Origin: Noviherbaspirillum sp. 1P10PC
Lineage (GTDB): Bacteria > Pseudomonadota > Gammaproteobacteria > Burkholderiales > Burkholderiaceae_D
NCBI RefSeq assembly: GCF_047237965.1
Contig: NZ_JBDFLX010000003.1
Location: 95,801 to 119,800, forward strand
DNA: 24,000 bases
Direction: 5' to 3'
Shown one piece after another: positions 7,377 through 16,086 of the stretch; position 1 is the first letter of the stretch; every line of letters begins with the position of its first letter. A model generated the notes under the pieces. That model was not told the DNA's origin and searched no databases. It saw only the letters and a program-made list of their open reading frames with translations. A program made the translations under genes and the position numbers.

Positions 7377-7818
7377 GCGACAGCGTAGCCACCGGCCGGT
7401 CAAAATGGTATGCCATCGCTTCTAAAATTTTGCCAGGTGAAGTGCGAACCACTTCCCTAGGACGTTTGGCATTCAAATAGTTATTTGGAGATTCCATCCA
7501 AGCAGCAATTTCGATTCCTGGTGCGTCGCCGAATGCATTAACTATCGCTTTCATGATGGGCAGTGGCTTGTAGCCTTGATCAAATTGATATTGTGGATAA
7601 CAGTCCCTATCGCCGCGTTGTATGGCAAAAATACACTTCTCATGCCTCCAGCGGTTCACTTTGGCAGCGCCAGCATTACGTAGGCCCTGAAAGTCAGGTG
7701 CGGATCTCGCGGTTAAACCTGCGCCGATTTGTTCTGCTGTGAGCCATTGCGTGCCGGCAAAGATTAGCTTTATCGCTTCTTGCATCATCCGGACCTTGCG
7801 AATATTTAGTGCCTCCAT
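7369..7818 (-). CDS. Xre/MbcA/ParS-type antitoxin-like protein (DUF2384-like C-terminal domain)
   Basis: The C-terminal segment IVNAFGDAPGIEIAAWMESPNNYLNAKRPREVV fits the F-G-x(n)-A-x-x-W-x-x-x-P-N-x-x-L-x-x-x-x-P pattern of the toxin-binding domain. The upstream CYPQYQFD resembles the P-x-W-Q-F element seen in these antitoxins. Confidence 0.5.
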   Translation of the reverse strand: MEALNIRKVRMMQEAIKLIFAGTQWLTAEQIGAGLTARSAPDFQGLRNAGAAKVNRWRHEKCIFAIQRGDRDCYPQYQFDQGYKPLPIMKAIVNAFGDAPGIEIAAWMESPNNYLNAKRPREVVRTSPGKILEAMAYHFDRPVATLSHV

Positions 7819-7957
7819 GACCGCTCCCTACAGAAAATATTCGGCAGCCAAGTTTCCCTATTGGCAACTTTCAATGCTGAGGTTGCGGCATGTTTATCCG
7901 CAGCCGCTAAAGATGCATCAAGTAGTTTCTAGGCTTGTTCGTAGCCAATACGCTTCT

Positions 7958-8647
7958 TCAAGTCCTCGACATTAAACTGCTTCGCTTCGCCAGCCTTACG
8001 AAGATTGATCGGTTAGAATATGTCAATTGCCAAGGTTTCGGCATACGCTCGATCATTTCCATCTGCTCGACTGGCGACAGTGTCTTTATCTCGTCCGCAG
8101 GCACAGTATCGTCCGTGATTGGATCAACTGGCTTTCGCTTCAACTTCCATGTTATCGGCATGTCAGTTTCTTCACCGTTACCTAAGATAGTTCTGCTTTG
8201 CGGACAAGGCAAGCGCTTGCCTGTTGTCACAAAATCCAATCCCCAATACCTGGTCACCTTTGAATGCGTTAGCGGAGCAGCATGCCCATCCGCAGCAGCA
8301 TCGCTGAATAGAGAGTTAATGAAGTCGTCAGCTTGCGTTGTGCGAAGAGGCGGCAAATGCGCGGAACGAATAAGGAGCCGCACCTTTTTGTTCAAGTTCG
8401 AGTATCGGTGCCCAATGGCGAGCTGAGAATGCGCGACATGCCGGATCGACGCCGAACCCTCATAGAAGAAAAGCGTAGCGATCACGGTCAATGTGTTGCA
8501 TAGCGGTGCCGCCGGTTTTGACTGCTCTTCGCCCTGATGTGCATCGCTCAACCTCAGCAGAATCGGCTCTCCAGAGCTCTTATTTTGCAGTGGGCGCTTA
8601 TCATAGCAACATACGCCGCATATCTTCAAAATAACAATCGTAATCAT
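7958..8647 (-). CDS. Hypothetical protein (229-aa ORF); possibly frameshifted near its 3' end
   Basis: Longest ORF in this stretch. It overlaps the upstream ORF by 47 nt. An alternative frame (8012 to 7932, stop 7929-7931) reads PINLRKAGEAKQFNVEDLKKRIGYEQA, which looks more protein-like than the annotated tail RSIFVRLAKRSSLMSRT. Confidence 0.35.
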   Translation of the reverse strand: MITIVILKICGVCCYDKRPLQNKSSGEPILLRLSDAHQGEEQSKPAAPLCNTLTVIATLFFYEGSASIRHVAHSQLAIGHRYSNLNKKVRLLIRSAHLPPLRTTQADDFINSLFSDAAADGHAAPLTHSKVTRYWGLDFVTTGKRLPCPQSRTILGNGEETDMPITWKLKRKPVDPITDDTVPADEIKTLSPVEQMEMIERMPKPWQLTYSNRSIFVRLAKRSSLMSRT

Positions 8648-9245
8648 TCCACCCTAGGATATCTATTACATTCGTTGCTAGATATTCAGAATGGAGTTTT
8701 CGGTATGTCGTCTCCTGTTCAACGAAAGCTCGAAACTCAAACTGTTCTCCATAGGTTGCCAGTCGCCTAAATACTTCGCGGTTAAGTGCTTCAATTTCCC
8801 GATTGGTGGTATTGATGAACTGGTTCAAACCACAAAATATAAGTAATCCAATAGGAATTGTATGAACAATTCTTCCGACAAAGAAACGAGCCGGTAAAAT
8901 CCTTTTATTAAAAATTCTATTCCATTCATCAGGAATATGTGTATTCTCAGAATATAAACCGATCGCTCGATTTGCCATTCTTAAAATAGAGCCAGCTAAT
9001 AAACCACAAGTAAAGGCTTCAGTCGAATATTTCTGATGCGCATCGATAATAATATGTTTCTCATCTTTGTTTTTTATCCGCCAGTCGTCAAATGATAGCT
9101 GAGATGTTGTTTCATTAAGTGCAATGGAAGCCAAAGGAATTGATTTCTGGATATTTTTTACTTTGTCAGCATATATGGCGTTTTGATGCAGAAGCGCCCG
9201 AACAGCATTTTCCGATCGCGTAAGAAAACTTATAGCACTTTCCAA
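8601..9245 (-). CDS. Hypothetical protein (214 aa), AT-rich, with two hydrophobic segments
   Basis: Uninterrupted ORF in the most AT-rich part of the window. Hydrophobic stretches: AFTCGLLAGSILRMANRAIGL and FFVGRIVHTIPIGLLIFCGLNQFI. No recognisable family. Confidence 0.5.
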   Translation of the reverse strand: MESAISFLTRSENAVRALLHQNAIYADKVKNIQKSIPLASIALNETTSQLSFDDWRIKNKDEKHIIIDAHQKYSTEAFTCGLLAGSILRMANRAIGLYSENTHIPDEWNRIFNKRILPARFFVGRIVHTIPIGLLIFCGLNQFINTTNREIEALNREVFRRLATYGEQFEFRAFVEQETTYRKLHSEYLATNVIDILGWNDYDCYFEDMRRMLL

Positions 9246-9468
9246 TTTTTTTCCCTAAAAATATCCAGCCTGATAATCAACATCTTACTTAACTTAGTTT
9301 TCATTCAAACTCATGATCCATCTTTCAGATAATTTAATTAAGGCAATTGCAAAAATTTGACAAATTTCACTCTTTGTCCGGCCAAAAATCGGATTAGCTA
9401 GTTAAAGAATATCAAGCTGGATTTTCTCATTCGTGCGCGGAAAAGGACTAGGTCCTTCGTCGAATCCT

Positions 9469-9795
9469 TTACTGAATTTTAGACTTTGAATAGGCTTGAA
9501 GAACATCTTCTTCAACTTTAAGATATTTGGAGATGTATTCAATCTGTCGCTCAATAGCCTCCCAAGTTAGATTAAATGTGCTGTGAAGCTGCTCTAACTC
9601 GGCAGTTGGATTTGCTTGATTTTCTAACTCTATTTTAACTGCAACCATAAGCTGTAACAGTTCGCGAGACGAATGATTAAGAATAATTAGTTGCTTTTCT
9701 TCTTTGGTAAGCATTATCTGATCTCTTTTCTGAATATAAATTTTCGTCTCCAAAACATGTGGTAGGCAATATCTTTTAAATTTAAAACCGTTCAT
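9469..9795 (-). CDS. Small hypothetical helical protein (108 aa, or 81 aa from the Met at 9714)
   Basis: Only ORF in this AT-rich segment. Heptad-like helical sequence (EEKQLIILNHSSRELLQLMVAVKIELENQ...). Divergent from the XRE gene. Both possible starts have weak ribosome-binding sites. Confidence 0.4.
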   Translation of the reverse strand: MNGFKFKRYCLPHVLETKIYIQKRDQIMLTKEEKQLIILNHSSRELLQLMVAVKIELENQANPTAELEQLHSTFNLTWEAIERQIEYISKYLKVEEDVLQAYSKSKIQ

Positions 9796-9863
9796 TTATG
9801 CCATGGAAAATTGCCAATAATTTCAAATAAAACTACGAGCTATCCACGACCACTTTTTAAATT

Positions 9864-9892
9864 ATTCACTCAACTTAAAATTTCGAGTGAAT
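9864..9892. promoter_or_regulatory. Inverted repeat ATTCACTC-N13-GAGTGAAT in the divergent intergenic region (candidate operator)
   Basis: Perfect 8-bp arms at 9864-9871 and 9885-9892, about 100 nt upstream of the XRE start and 70 nt upstream of the 108-aa ORF start. Confidence 0.3.
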
Positions 9893-9995
9893 GTGCGACT
9901 GTTCAAGAAAAACAATAACTTCTGTATCTTTCGTAAGACACAAATACTAAGGATTACTTAATACCCTGTCAAGTAAGAATATTGAAACTGCGGGG

Positions 9996-10316
9996 ATGAA
10001 AAAAAATGGTAACCACGGAACTGTTTTCTCAGCGCGTCTCCGACAGGCGCGCCTCTTAGCAGGCTTGACTCAGATCGAGCTTGGTGTGCTTGCTGGAATT
10101 GACGAGTTTTCAGCCAGTGCACGGGTAAATCAATATGAGCGAGGAGTGCACGCTCCCGATCATGGAACCGCCGCGCGACTCGCAGCTGCTTTAAAGGTAC
10201 CGGTCAGCTACCTCTTTGAGCCCAATGACATGCTCGCAAAAGTGATTTTTACAGCTGGAAAACTTGATGAAAATGGGCTTGAAAAAGTTCTCGACTATAT
10301 AAACGGCCTTGCTTAG
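9996..10316 (+). CDS. XRE-family helix-turn-helix transcriptional regulator
   Basis: FSARLRQARLLAGLTQIELGVLAGIDEFSASARVNQYERGVHAPDHGTAARLAAALKVPVSYLF is a typical HTH_3/XRE pattern (L-x-x-x-R-x-x-x-G-L-T-Q-x-E-L-A ... Y-E-x-G). Confidence 0.85.
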   Translation: MKKNGNHGTVFSARLRQARLLAGLTQIELGVLAGIDEFSASARVNQYERGVHAPDHGTAARLAAALKVPVSYLFEPNDMLAKVIFTAGKLDENGLEKVLDYINGLA

Positions 10317-11504
10317 TAACTTGAACAAAATGCATCAATTGTTTGATACTTGTGAGATACAGTTACAAGTGATGCAAGCCGGCCCATATGGGACGCCGCT
10401 GCGCAAATGCGTTTCGGCAGTCGCCATCACCAAGCTCACTTGCGACTGGTCGCAAACCGCATCGGCATTCAATCCTATTCGGAAAGACCAAAACCGGGCC
10501 CCGCTCGGTTGCCGAAGCTGTCTTCAGGTCGTTCCTTGACCGTGACAAGTTCGAAGGCTAGCCGGTCAGCCTGCGCGGGGGGACATGCGATCAACGCTGA
10601 CCGTTCATCGTTCCGATCGCCTGCCGGTGGCGCCAATAACTGCCAGTGGAGGAGAGACGAGAATCCTTGGCCAGAGGGAACCCGTCAGGTCGGGCGCCCG
10701 GCCGGATTGGAAGTTGGCGTGCGAAAGAATATCTATATGGATGCCGCCAGCATTGCCAAGGCACGGAGACTGAGGGAATGGCAACTTCAGTATTGGACCC
10801 AGGATCGGGTTGAATATGATGCCCCAGAAATGCAAGAAGGTGTCTTACTAAGAGCATTACATTGATGCCGCCATTTGCCCAGTAATAAACTTCTGACACA
10901 AGGAGAAAAGAGGTTGCTCGCTTACATCGACCTTCGGATGCAGCTTTAAGCTGCTAGCCTCTATGGTATTGGCTGACAACTTCCACATTTCTAACGCGAG
11001 CTCGAAGCTCATCGCTCTTATTGGGTTTGAGCCGTCTCAGTCTCACCGATCTGCCATCACTTGTTTCTTACTTACGCAACTTATTGACGTGTCTGCTTTG
11101 CTTCTTCGAGCCATGCCGAGTTGTCGAACGCTTACGGTTAGCAACTCTGCACGGGACTTACTGCCGTGAACCAGCATCGCCTAAACAACGCGGGCCGTTT
11201 TGTTGGCTTGGGCTACACAGGCAATGTTCATGTTTCTTCGACCTGCCAGTTGTTGCAGCCAGCAATCCACAGTCCCTGCCTTATGCATAGTGTGATGCGG
11301 GTGATCGAGGACTGGCTAGAAGGAAGCACATTCAAACGGCCCGTGCGCTATGCCAGGCTGCTGACCGATGCCCACTCAATCCCGACTGACATCCTCCCGC
11401 CGCTGTTTGAGCCTGTTGTGGTCAAGATGACGGCGAACCAGATGACGCTGCAACGCTACCAGATCGGTACCCGCGACGGCGCAGCGGTGCACTATATGCA
11501 AAGT

Positions 11505-11525
11505 GGGCCGTCCGCATGACGGCCC
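11505..11525. terminator. GC-rich hairpin downstream of the recombinase gene's stop codon at 11538 (possible terminator)
   Basis: GGGCCGTC-CGCAT-GACGGCCC, with a perfect 8-bp stem. No strong T-tract on either side. Confidence 0.35.
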
Positions 11526-11537
11526 GGGGTGAATGAA

Positions 11538-12617
11538 TCATCCAGCTTTGTCCACCTCTGGCGTCGGCTTCGACTGCTGTGCCGCAAGGGCTGCTTCCCG
11601 CTCCTCGACGGTGGCGCGAAGATAACAGTTATAAACCCACCTGCCGCGGCCGTCGCCATGGCCCAGATCGTTGCTGAGTCTGGACAGTGCTTTCTTTTCA
11701 CTCATTTGCAGCTCGCCTCGGTAATACTGAAACTGTTCCCACGTGAAGCTACGCCGAAGCGAATGCTGTGCATCTTTCCCGGCAATACCGAGTTTCTTCA
11801 TGCGCTTGTGGTTGCATGCCATGGCCGCTTTCAAGCTCACCGAGTCGACCAGGAATTCCTGGTGCTCCAAAACCTTTAGCGCCGCGTCTACAGCCACCAT
11901 CGCCTCTGCCGCCTTTGTGGGGCAAAGAACTACGGATCTGGGACGCCCACCTTTAGGGCCTTTCCTCACGATAATCGGCTGACCGTTTTCGAGCGCTCGC
12001 TTCCATTCCAACAGCGACCCCTCGCTCTGGATGGCCTCTCGTCCTCTGAGGCCGATTGCGTGCTCCAGTAGCAGGATCGCTGCCGTATCTTCCCTCGCCT
12101 TCTCCAGCGCCGTTTCCAGCACATCGACGTGGACTACGGTGCCGGTCCCAATCCGGGATGCGCTAGGCACGCCAAGCAATTTGCTTGAACACGTTACTAC
12201 CGCGAACTCACCACGCCCGACGCACTTCAACGCGCGACGGATATGCGACGCCTCGTTCTGGATCGTCCGGTTAGTCACCTTTCCAATGCGGGACTGGATA
12301 TATGCCCGGAATTGTTTGAAGGTCAAAGTCAATGGATCAACCTTTCCCCAACGCGCTTCCTTCGCAAATGCTTCAAGTGCGATGAAGGTCGTCCGCATTT
12401 TCGGATTCATTGTTGTCGCCGCACGCTTCTGTCCAAGGGCCGATTGCATAAATTTTGCGGTCATTGAATCCGAGTCAGCATAGAGAATCAAAACGCGCGT
12501 GGAGTACAGCGCCCTTGCCTTTTTCTTCAACCGGTCAGCGGCACGTTTTGCGGCACGGTTTGCCTTCGCAGCCTGGCCAGCCGTTGCAGCGCCAGCCACG
12601 TTCACTCGCTTCGCCAT
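11538..12617 (-). CDS. Tyrosine recombinase / integrase-domain protein (360 aa from the SD-supported start)
   Basis: Catalytic-type motifs in order: GLRGREA (Arg), KGGRPR (Lys region), HSLRRSF (H-x-x-R), LGHGDGRGRWVYNCYL (His ... Tyr). GGAGGTG lies 4 nt upstream of ATG 12615-12617. The ORF-track start at 12764 adds an implausible Cys-rich leader. Confidence 0.8.
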   Translation of the reverse strand: MAKRVNVAGAATAGQAAKANRAAKRAADRLKKKARALYSTRVLILYADSDSMTAKFMQSALGQKRAATTMNPKMRTTFIALEAFAKEARWGKVDPLTLTFKQFRAYIQSRIGKVTNRTIQNEASHIRRALKCVGRGEFAVVTCSSKLLGVPSASRIGTGTVVHVDVLETALEKAREDTAAILLLEHAIGLRGREAIQSEGSLLEWKRALENGQPIIVRKGPKGGRPRSVVLCPTKAAEAMVAVDAALKVLEHQEFLVDSVSLKAAMACNHKRMKKLGIAGKDAQHSLRRSFTWEQFQYYRGELQMSEKKALSRLSNDLGHGDGRGRWVYNCYLRATVEEREAALAAQQSKPTPEVDKAG

Positions 12618-14210
12618 AAACACCTCCATAGTGGTCACTACAAGTAGGAAAAATCTGTAAAGCCGGGCACAGCAACAGCAAGGTGATACAAGCCAAAACG
12701 GGGAACACCGTTTGGTTACTGCGGAGTTCAGATATCGGTCGGCTACCGCTGTCCGCGGGGGCACTTAGCCTGGGTACTACGCTGAGAGGGCACTACGAGG
12801 GCACAAACGTTCAAACGTCACTTCATACCAACGCTTCAAATCGTGGCCCTGTCCGAGCTGGTTGGAACTCTCCTGACGTCGAGTCACTACCAACCTTCTG
12901 AAGTAAAAAAAACGCAACGAGCAGCAGCGATCTACCCAGCTAGATCGGGCCGGCATGGTGTGCGTCAAAAACCTTTCTTGGGGAGTTTTTGGCAACCGCA
13001 TGGAGCTCGAAATCCGCTTACTCATGGGCTGCAAATTCAGGGCTGGCTCTAACTGCGAAACCTACTTTTCGGATCGCGGAAGCGACCGCTAGAATTGGTT
13101 GGGCGGGGGCTGGCCAGGATCGATGTGCCACAAGTTTTCGGAAGTTTGTTGGAGGGAGCTATTGAGCAGAAATTGGCTTCTTACCGGATTGCAATGACAC
13201 GCTGTTTGCATAATCAAAACAGACTTTTATGAAGGCGAGACATCACCAGGTGGCATGCTGGTGTGAACCAGTGTTCGGAGACTCCGCGGTCCGGGCAAGT
13301 TCCGGAGCTTCGCAGTGTGCGATGCCCAATGGCTGTTGGGTGCTGCGGCAGTACGGCAGGCCGTGGCAGCTCTTGCGGATAGGTTGAAACGGCTTGGGTT
13401 GAGCGCTCCTGCGAGGCCCTATCTGGCTGGATGCTGAGAGATGCTTGCACGTGGCGACCACAGAAGGAAGCCATCGTATTGTGGAACAAAGTTGGAAGGT
13501 CGGCAGAGCCGATAGCTTGCGGGTCAAGCAGGTTATTCGCTTCCGCTGGGCGGATGAGAAACCTAGAGTCTTTGGCAGACTTTTGTCGCAGATGCCGCGA
13601 GAAAAGCCCGTAGTTGAATTTGAAGCTGCCGCTTAGCGACATGGAAGTATGTCATTACAATTGAAGCGTTGCAAGTATTTGGATGGCTTTTTTATGGTAA
13701 GCCGCATTCCATCTGAAGAGACTTATCAGATTTGGTTTCGACTTGTCACTTCGGCGAAAGGACCATGTTCGGCCAAAAGCGAACTGGGATTGGAACGGCC
13801 TGTTGCGGCGGCGATCTGGTAAACAGCACAATCGCCCGTAGAAGTTAGGAAAACGATGCAACTTTTATGAGCACTTCGAGCTGGATCGCCTAGTGCTTTG
13901 ATGGCTGCGGAGTCTTAGCAGAGGTATAAGGGAGCCAAGGGATCGGCTCTAAAGAATCGACCTGCAAGTCAGCTGCGTTCGGCAATCGAGGGATTCTCGT
14001 GCACGGCGAAAATTTGAATTTGGGAATTGTTTTGAAGCTGCCGCTGGGCGGCGTGCGAATATTAGACTATCGAAATTCGATAAGTCAACTGCTATTCGCG
14101 AAGATGCCGTGACCAGGTCAACAAAATGACCATTTGCAAATCGCATGTGAAACACACAAGGATTTGCGCGAGGCGAAGCAATTCGGGGTCTTAGAGTATT
14201 ACTCAAGGTA

Positions 14211-14314
14211 TGAGTAGTTGCTACTCACACCTGAGTAAGCGCTACTTAGAGTGTGAGTAAACGCTACTCATGCCGTGAATAGTCTCTACTCAGCGCGTGA
14301 GTATTTATTATTCA
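14211..14314. promoter_or_regulatory. parC-like centromere/operator: five 17-bp palindromes TGAGTA-N5-TACTCA at 21-22 bp spacing
   Basis: TGAGTAGTTGCTACTCA at 14211, TGAGTAAGCGCTACTTA at 14232, TGAGTAAACGCTACTCA at 14254, TGAATAGTCTCTACTCA at 14276 and TGAGTATTTATTATTCA at 14298. A compressed relative, AGAGTATTACTCA, is at 14193. The array lies immediately upstream of the ParM-like gene. Confidence 0.8.
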
Positions 14315-14351
14315 TGCAAAAAGATTAACCCTTTCACTTTTCTTGAAACCC

Positions 14352-15419
14352 ATGAACACAATTGCCGAACAAGATCTCTTTCCAGTGTTTGAAAGAACCA
14401 TTATCGCGCTCGACGTTGGGCGCAGCGGTGTCAAAGCTATTGCGCTGTACGACGGCATGAAGATTCCGCTGGTGTACCCGGCGATCGTCGCTCGTGCAGT
14501 CAAGCTCGCAGACGAGGAAACGATGGCGCGCATTGCCCACGAAATCGTAACGGTGGATAACGCTGATTACTTTACCGGTGAAGCAGCCCGTCTATATACC
14601 CAGGCTGAAAATAATGCTGGCTTAACCAATGACTGGACCGACGGCGCCGAATATAAAGCACTTGTGCTGGGCGCAATTTCACGATTTAAGCATATGGGAG
14701 TGAGAGGGTTGAATGACGCGTATGTCGTTGTAGGAACTCCGGCGGATCACTACCTTTCTGGCCGCGCCGCATTAGAAGACAGCACATCATCTGTTCTAAA
14801 GAATGCGCAAGTAAAATCTTTGTCGCAGCCTATCGGCGTATACCTTTCTCATGTTTTGGATCAGAAGGGCAGCGCTATTTTGGATAAGCATCGTGATTCG
14901 TTTGGCCGCCGCACTTCTTGGATTATTATCGAAGTAGGACACTTCGATACCGGCTTCACGTACATAAAGGAAGGGGCGCATCAACAAGACCGGGATGATA
15001 TTGCGGAAGGAATTAGTGCTGCGGCAAAAAATCTAAAGTGCATTCTGCAGGCAAAAAAGATACGGCGCGACATGCTGGAATGCGACGAGGCATTGCGTAT
15101 CGGGAAAATTCTTTTGTTTGGCAAAGAGCAGCCAATTACCGACGAGATAGTTGAAGCTGTTGAACCGGTCGCACGAAAAATTATCGAAAAGGCAGAAATT
15201 CTTTTTGCAAGGGAAGCTTCTAAGGTCAACGGTATTTTGCTGGCGGGTGGTGGCAGTAATGCGATTTTGCATCAGCTAAGAGAGAAATGGTCGAATACGA
15301 TTGCATTGCCAGAGCCGCGAATGTCAGTTGCGGAAGGGTATTTGCGTTATGCAATTAGCGTTATGCAAAAACGTTTGAAAGAACAGAATTTGAACAATGC
15401 GACGGTGGTGAATGGCTAG
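14352..15419 (+). CDS. parM: Actin-like plasmid segregation ATPase (ParM/StbA family)
   Basis: Actin-fold motifs in order: IIALDVGRSGVKAI (phosphate 1), VVVGTPADHY, IIIEVGHFDTGF (phosphate 2, divergent), ILLAGGGSNAI (adenosine). The track start is TTG at 14343; the first ATG is at 14352. Confidence 0.8.
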   Translation: MNTIAEQDLFPVFERTIIALDVGRSGVKAIALYDGMKIPLVYPAIVARAVKLADEETMARIAHEIVTVDNADYFTGEAARLYTQAENNAGLTNDWTDGAEYKALVLGAISRFKHMGVRGLNDAYVVVGTPADHYLSGRAALEDSTSSVLKNAQVKSLSQPIGVYLSHVLDQKGSAILDKHRDSFGRRTSWIIIEVGHFDTGFTYIKEGAHQQDRDDIAEGISAAAKNLKCILQAKKIRRDMLECDEALRIGKILLFGKEQPITDEIVEAVEPVARKIIEKAEILFAREASKVNGILLAGGGSNAILHQLREKWSNTIALPEPRMSVAEGYLRYAISVMQKRLKEQNLNNATVVNG

Positions 15420-15891
15420 CCGGCCGGAACGAGCGAAGCGACGTCTGCAGATTGTCGTAAAGGAGTCTGCTTGTCCTGGACTGATCGCTAACTTGGCTCA
15501 TTTACCAGAAGGATGCGAAAACGTATTTATACGTGCCGTACTTGTGGAATGGTTTACATCTAATAACAATGACACTGAATTGGCTACCCGTCTTGTAGAG
15601 CAATACCGGACTATTGAATTTCGCAACGAGCTTGGAATTAGGACCGGTGAACAAGGCTGTGTTTGCCTGCGAGACCCGACTACGCCATTGCAAGCGGATC
15701 GCGGCGTGGGCCAGACAGTTTCGTTACAGACGACACCATTCTCTAACGAGACTGGAAATCATTTGTCCCCGGTCCGTCTTCCGCCGTCGGAGAGTTCTGC
15801 GCCGACTGCTGCGTCGCTAGTTCGTGGGGAACTGCCTATGGCAGCACCGGCGCCGGCGTTTGATGTCGAATTTGACCCAGACCAGTTCTAA
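15412..15891 (+). CDS. Probable ParR-like centromere-binding adaptor (159 aa)
   Basis: The start overlaps the ParM stop (ATGGCTAG, 15412-15419). Basic N-terminus (RPERAKRRLQIVV) compatible with a ribbon-helix-helix. Low-complexity linker and an acidic/aromatic C-terminal tail, FDVEFDPDQF. The assignment is by position and architecture only. Confidence 0.55.
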   Translation: MASRPERAKRRLQIVVKESACPGLIANLAHLPEGCENVFIRAVLVEWFTSNNNDTELATRLVEQYRTIEFRNELGIRTGEQGCVCLRDPTTPLQADRGVGQTVSLQTTPFSNETGNHLSPVRLPPSESSAPTAASLVRGELPMAAPAPAFDVEFDPDQF

Positions 15892-16086
15892 GCGCAACAG
15901 AGCGAGCTCAATATTGCGAGCGCAAGATGTGGCATTTTTTGAGGTGACCTAACTTTTGTGGACACTCCCGTTTCATAAATTGAGTCAATGGGAGAAAGCA
16001 TGAAGAGAGAGGTGGCCCCGTTCGTTTGGACAGAGACTGGCAAGGCTTAAGTGGAACCTGGCTGATGATGGGTCTTTCCGAGTGGC

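Noticed and set aside
7935-8426. 163-aa plus-strand ORF opposite the 229-aa ORF
   Set aside because: It is Ser/Cys-rich and not protein-like, and no ribosome-binding site was seen. Neither strand is strongly supported, but the minus frame is longer and fits the operon direction.
7958-8647. Possibility that the 229-aa ORF is a RES-domain toxin partner of the DUF2384-like antitoxin (GHRYSN resembles G-G-R-W/F-N)
   Set aside because: It lies upstream of the antitoxin rather than downstream, is separated from it by 140 nt, and shows no convincing R-E-S triad pattern. The resemblance is limited to a few residues.
10309-11519. Overlapping ORFs of 60-152 aa on both strands between the XRE gene and the recombinase gene (10309-10539, 10407-10865, 10591-10899, 10963-11290, 11166-11519)
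   Set aside because: They are mutually exclusive, have unconvincing composition and no clear SD or motifs. I cannot support any of them as genes from sequence alone.
13002-13018. tRNA-like T-loop candidate GGAGCTCGAAATCCGC near the recombinase gene (a possible att/tRNA target)
   Set aside because: The flanking bases do not form a T-stem, and no acceptor or anticodon arms could be built. It is not a tRNA.
13619-14051. 15-nt direct repeat TTTGAAGCTGCCGCT (13619-13633 and 14030-14044) and 11-mer CCGCTGGGCGG (13543 and 14041) as possible iterons or att sites
   Set aside because: A single 15-nt match is about what chance predicts in a 24-kb window searched on both strands. There are only two copies and no regular spacing.
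12777-14206. ORFs 12777-13034, 13214-13642, 13655-13861 and 13949-14206 between the recombinase gene and parC
   Set aside because: Composition is not protein-like (runs of Ser/Arg/Pro/Cys). No ribosome-binding sites or motifs were seen. The interval is treated as non-coding or degraded.
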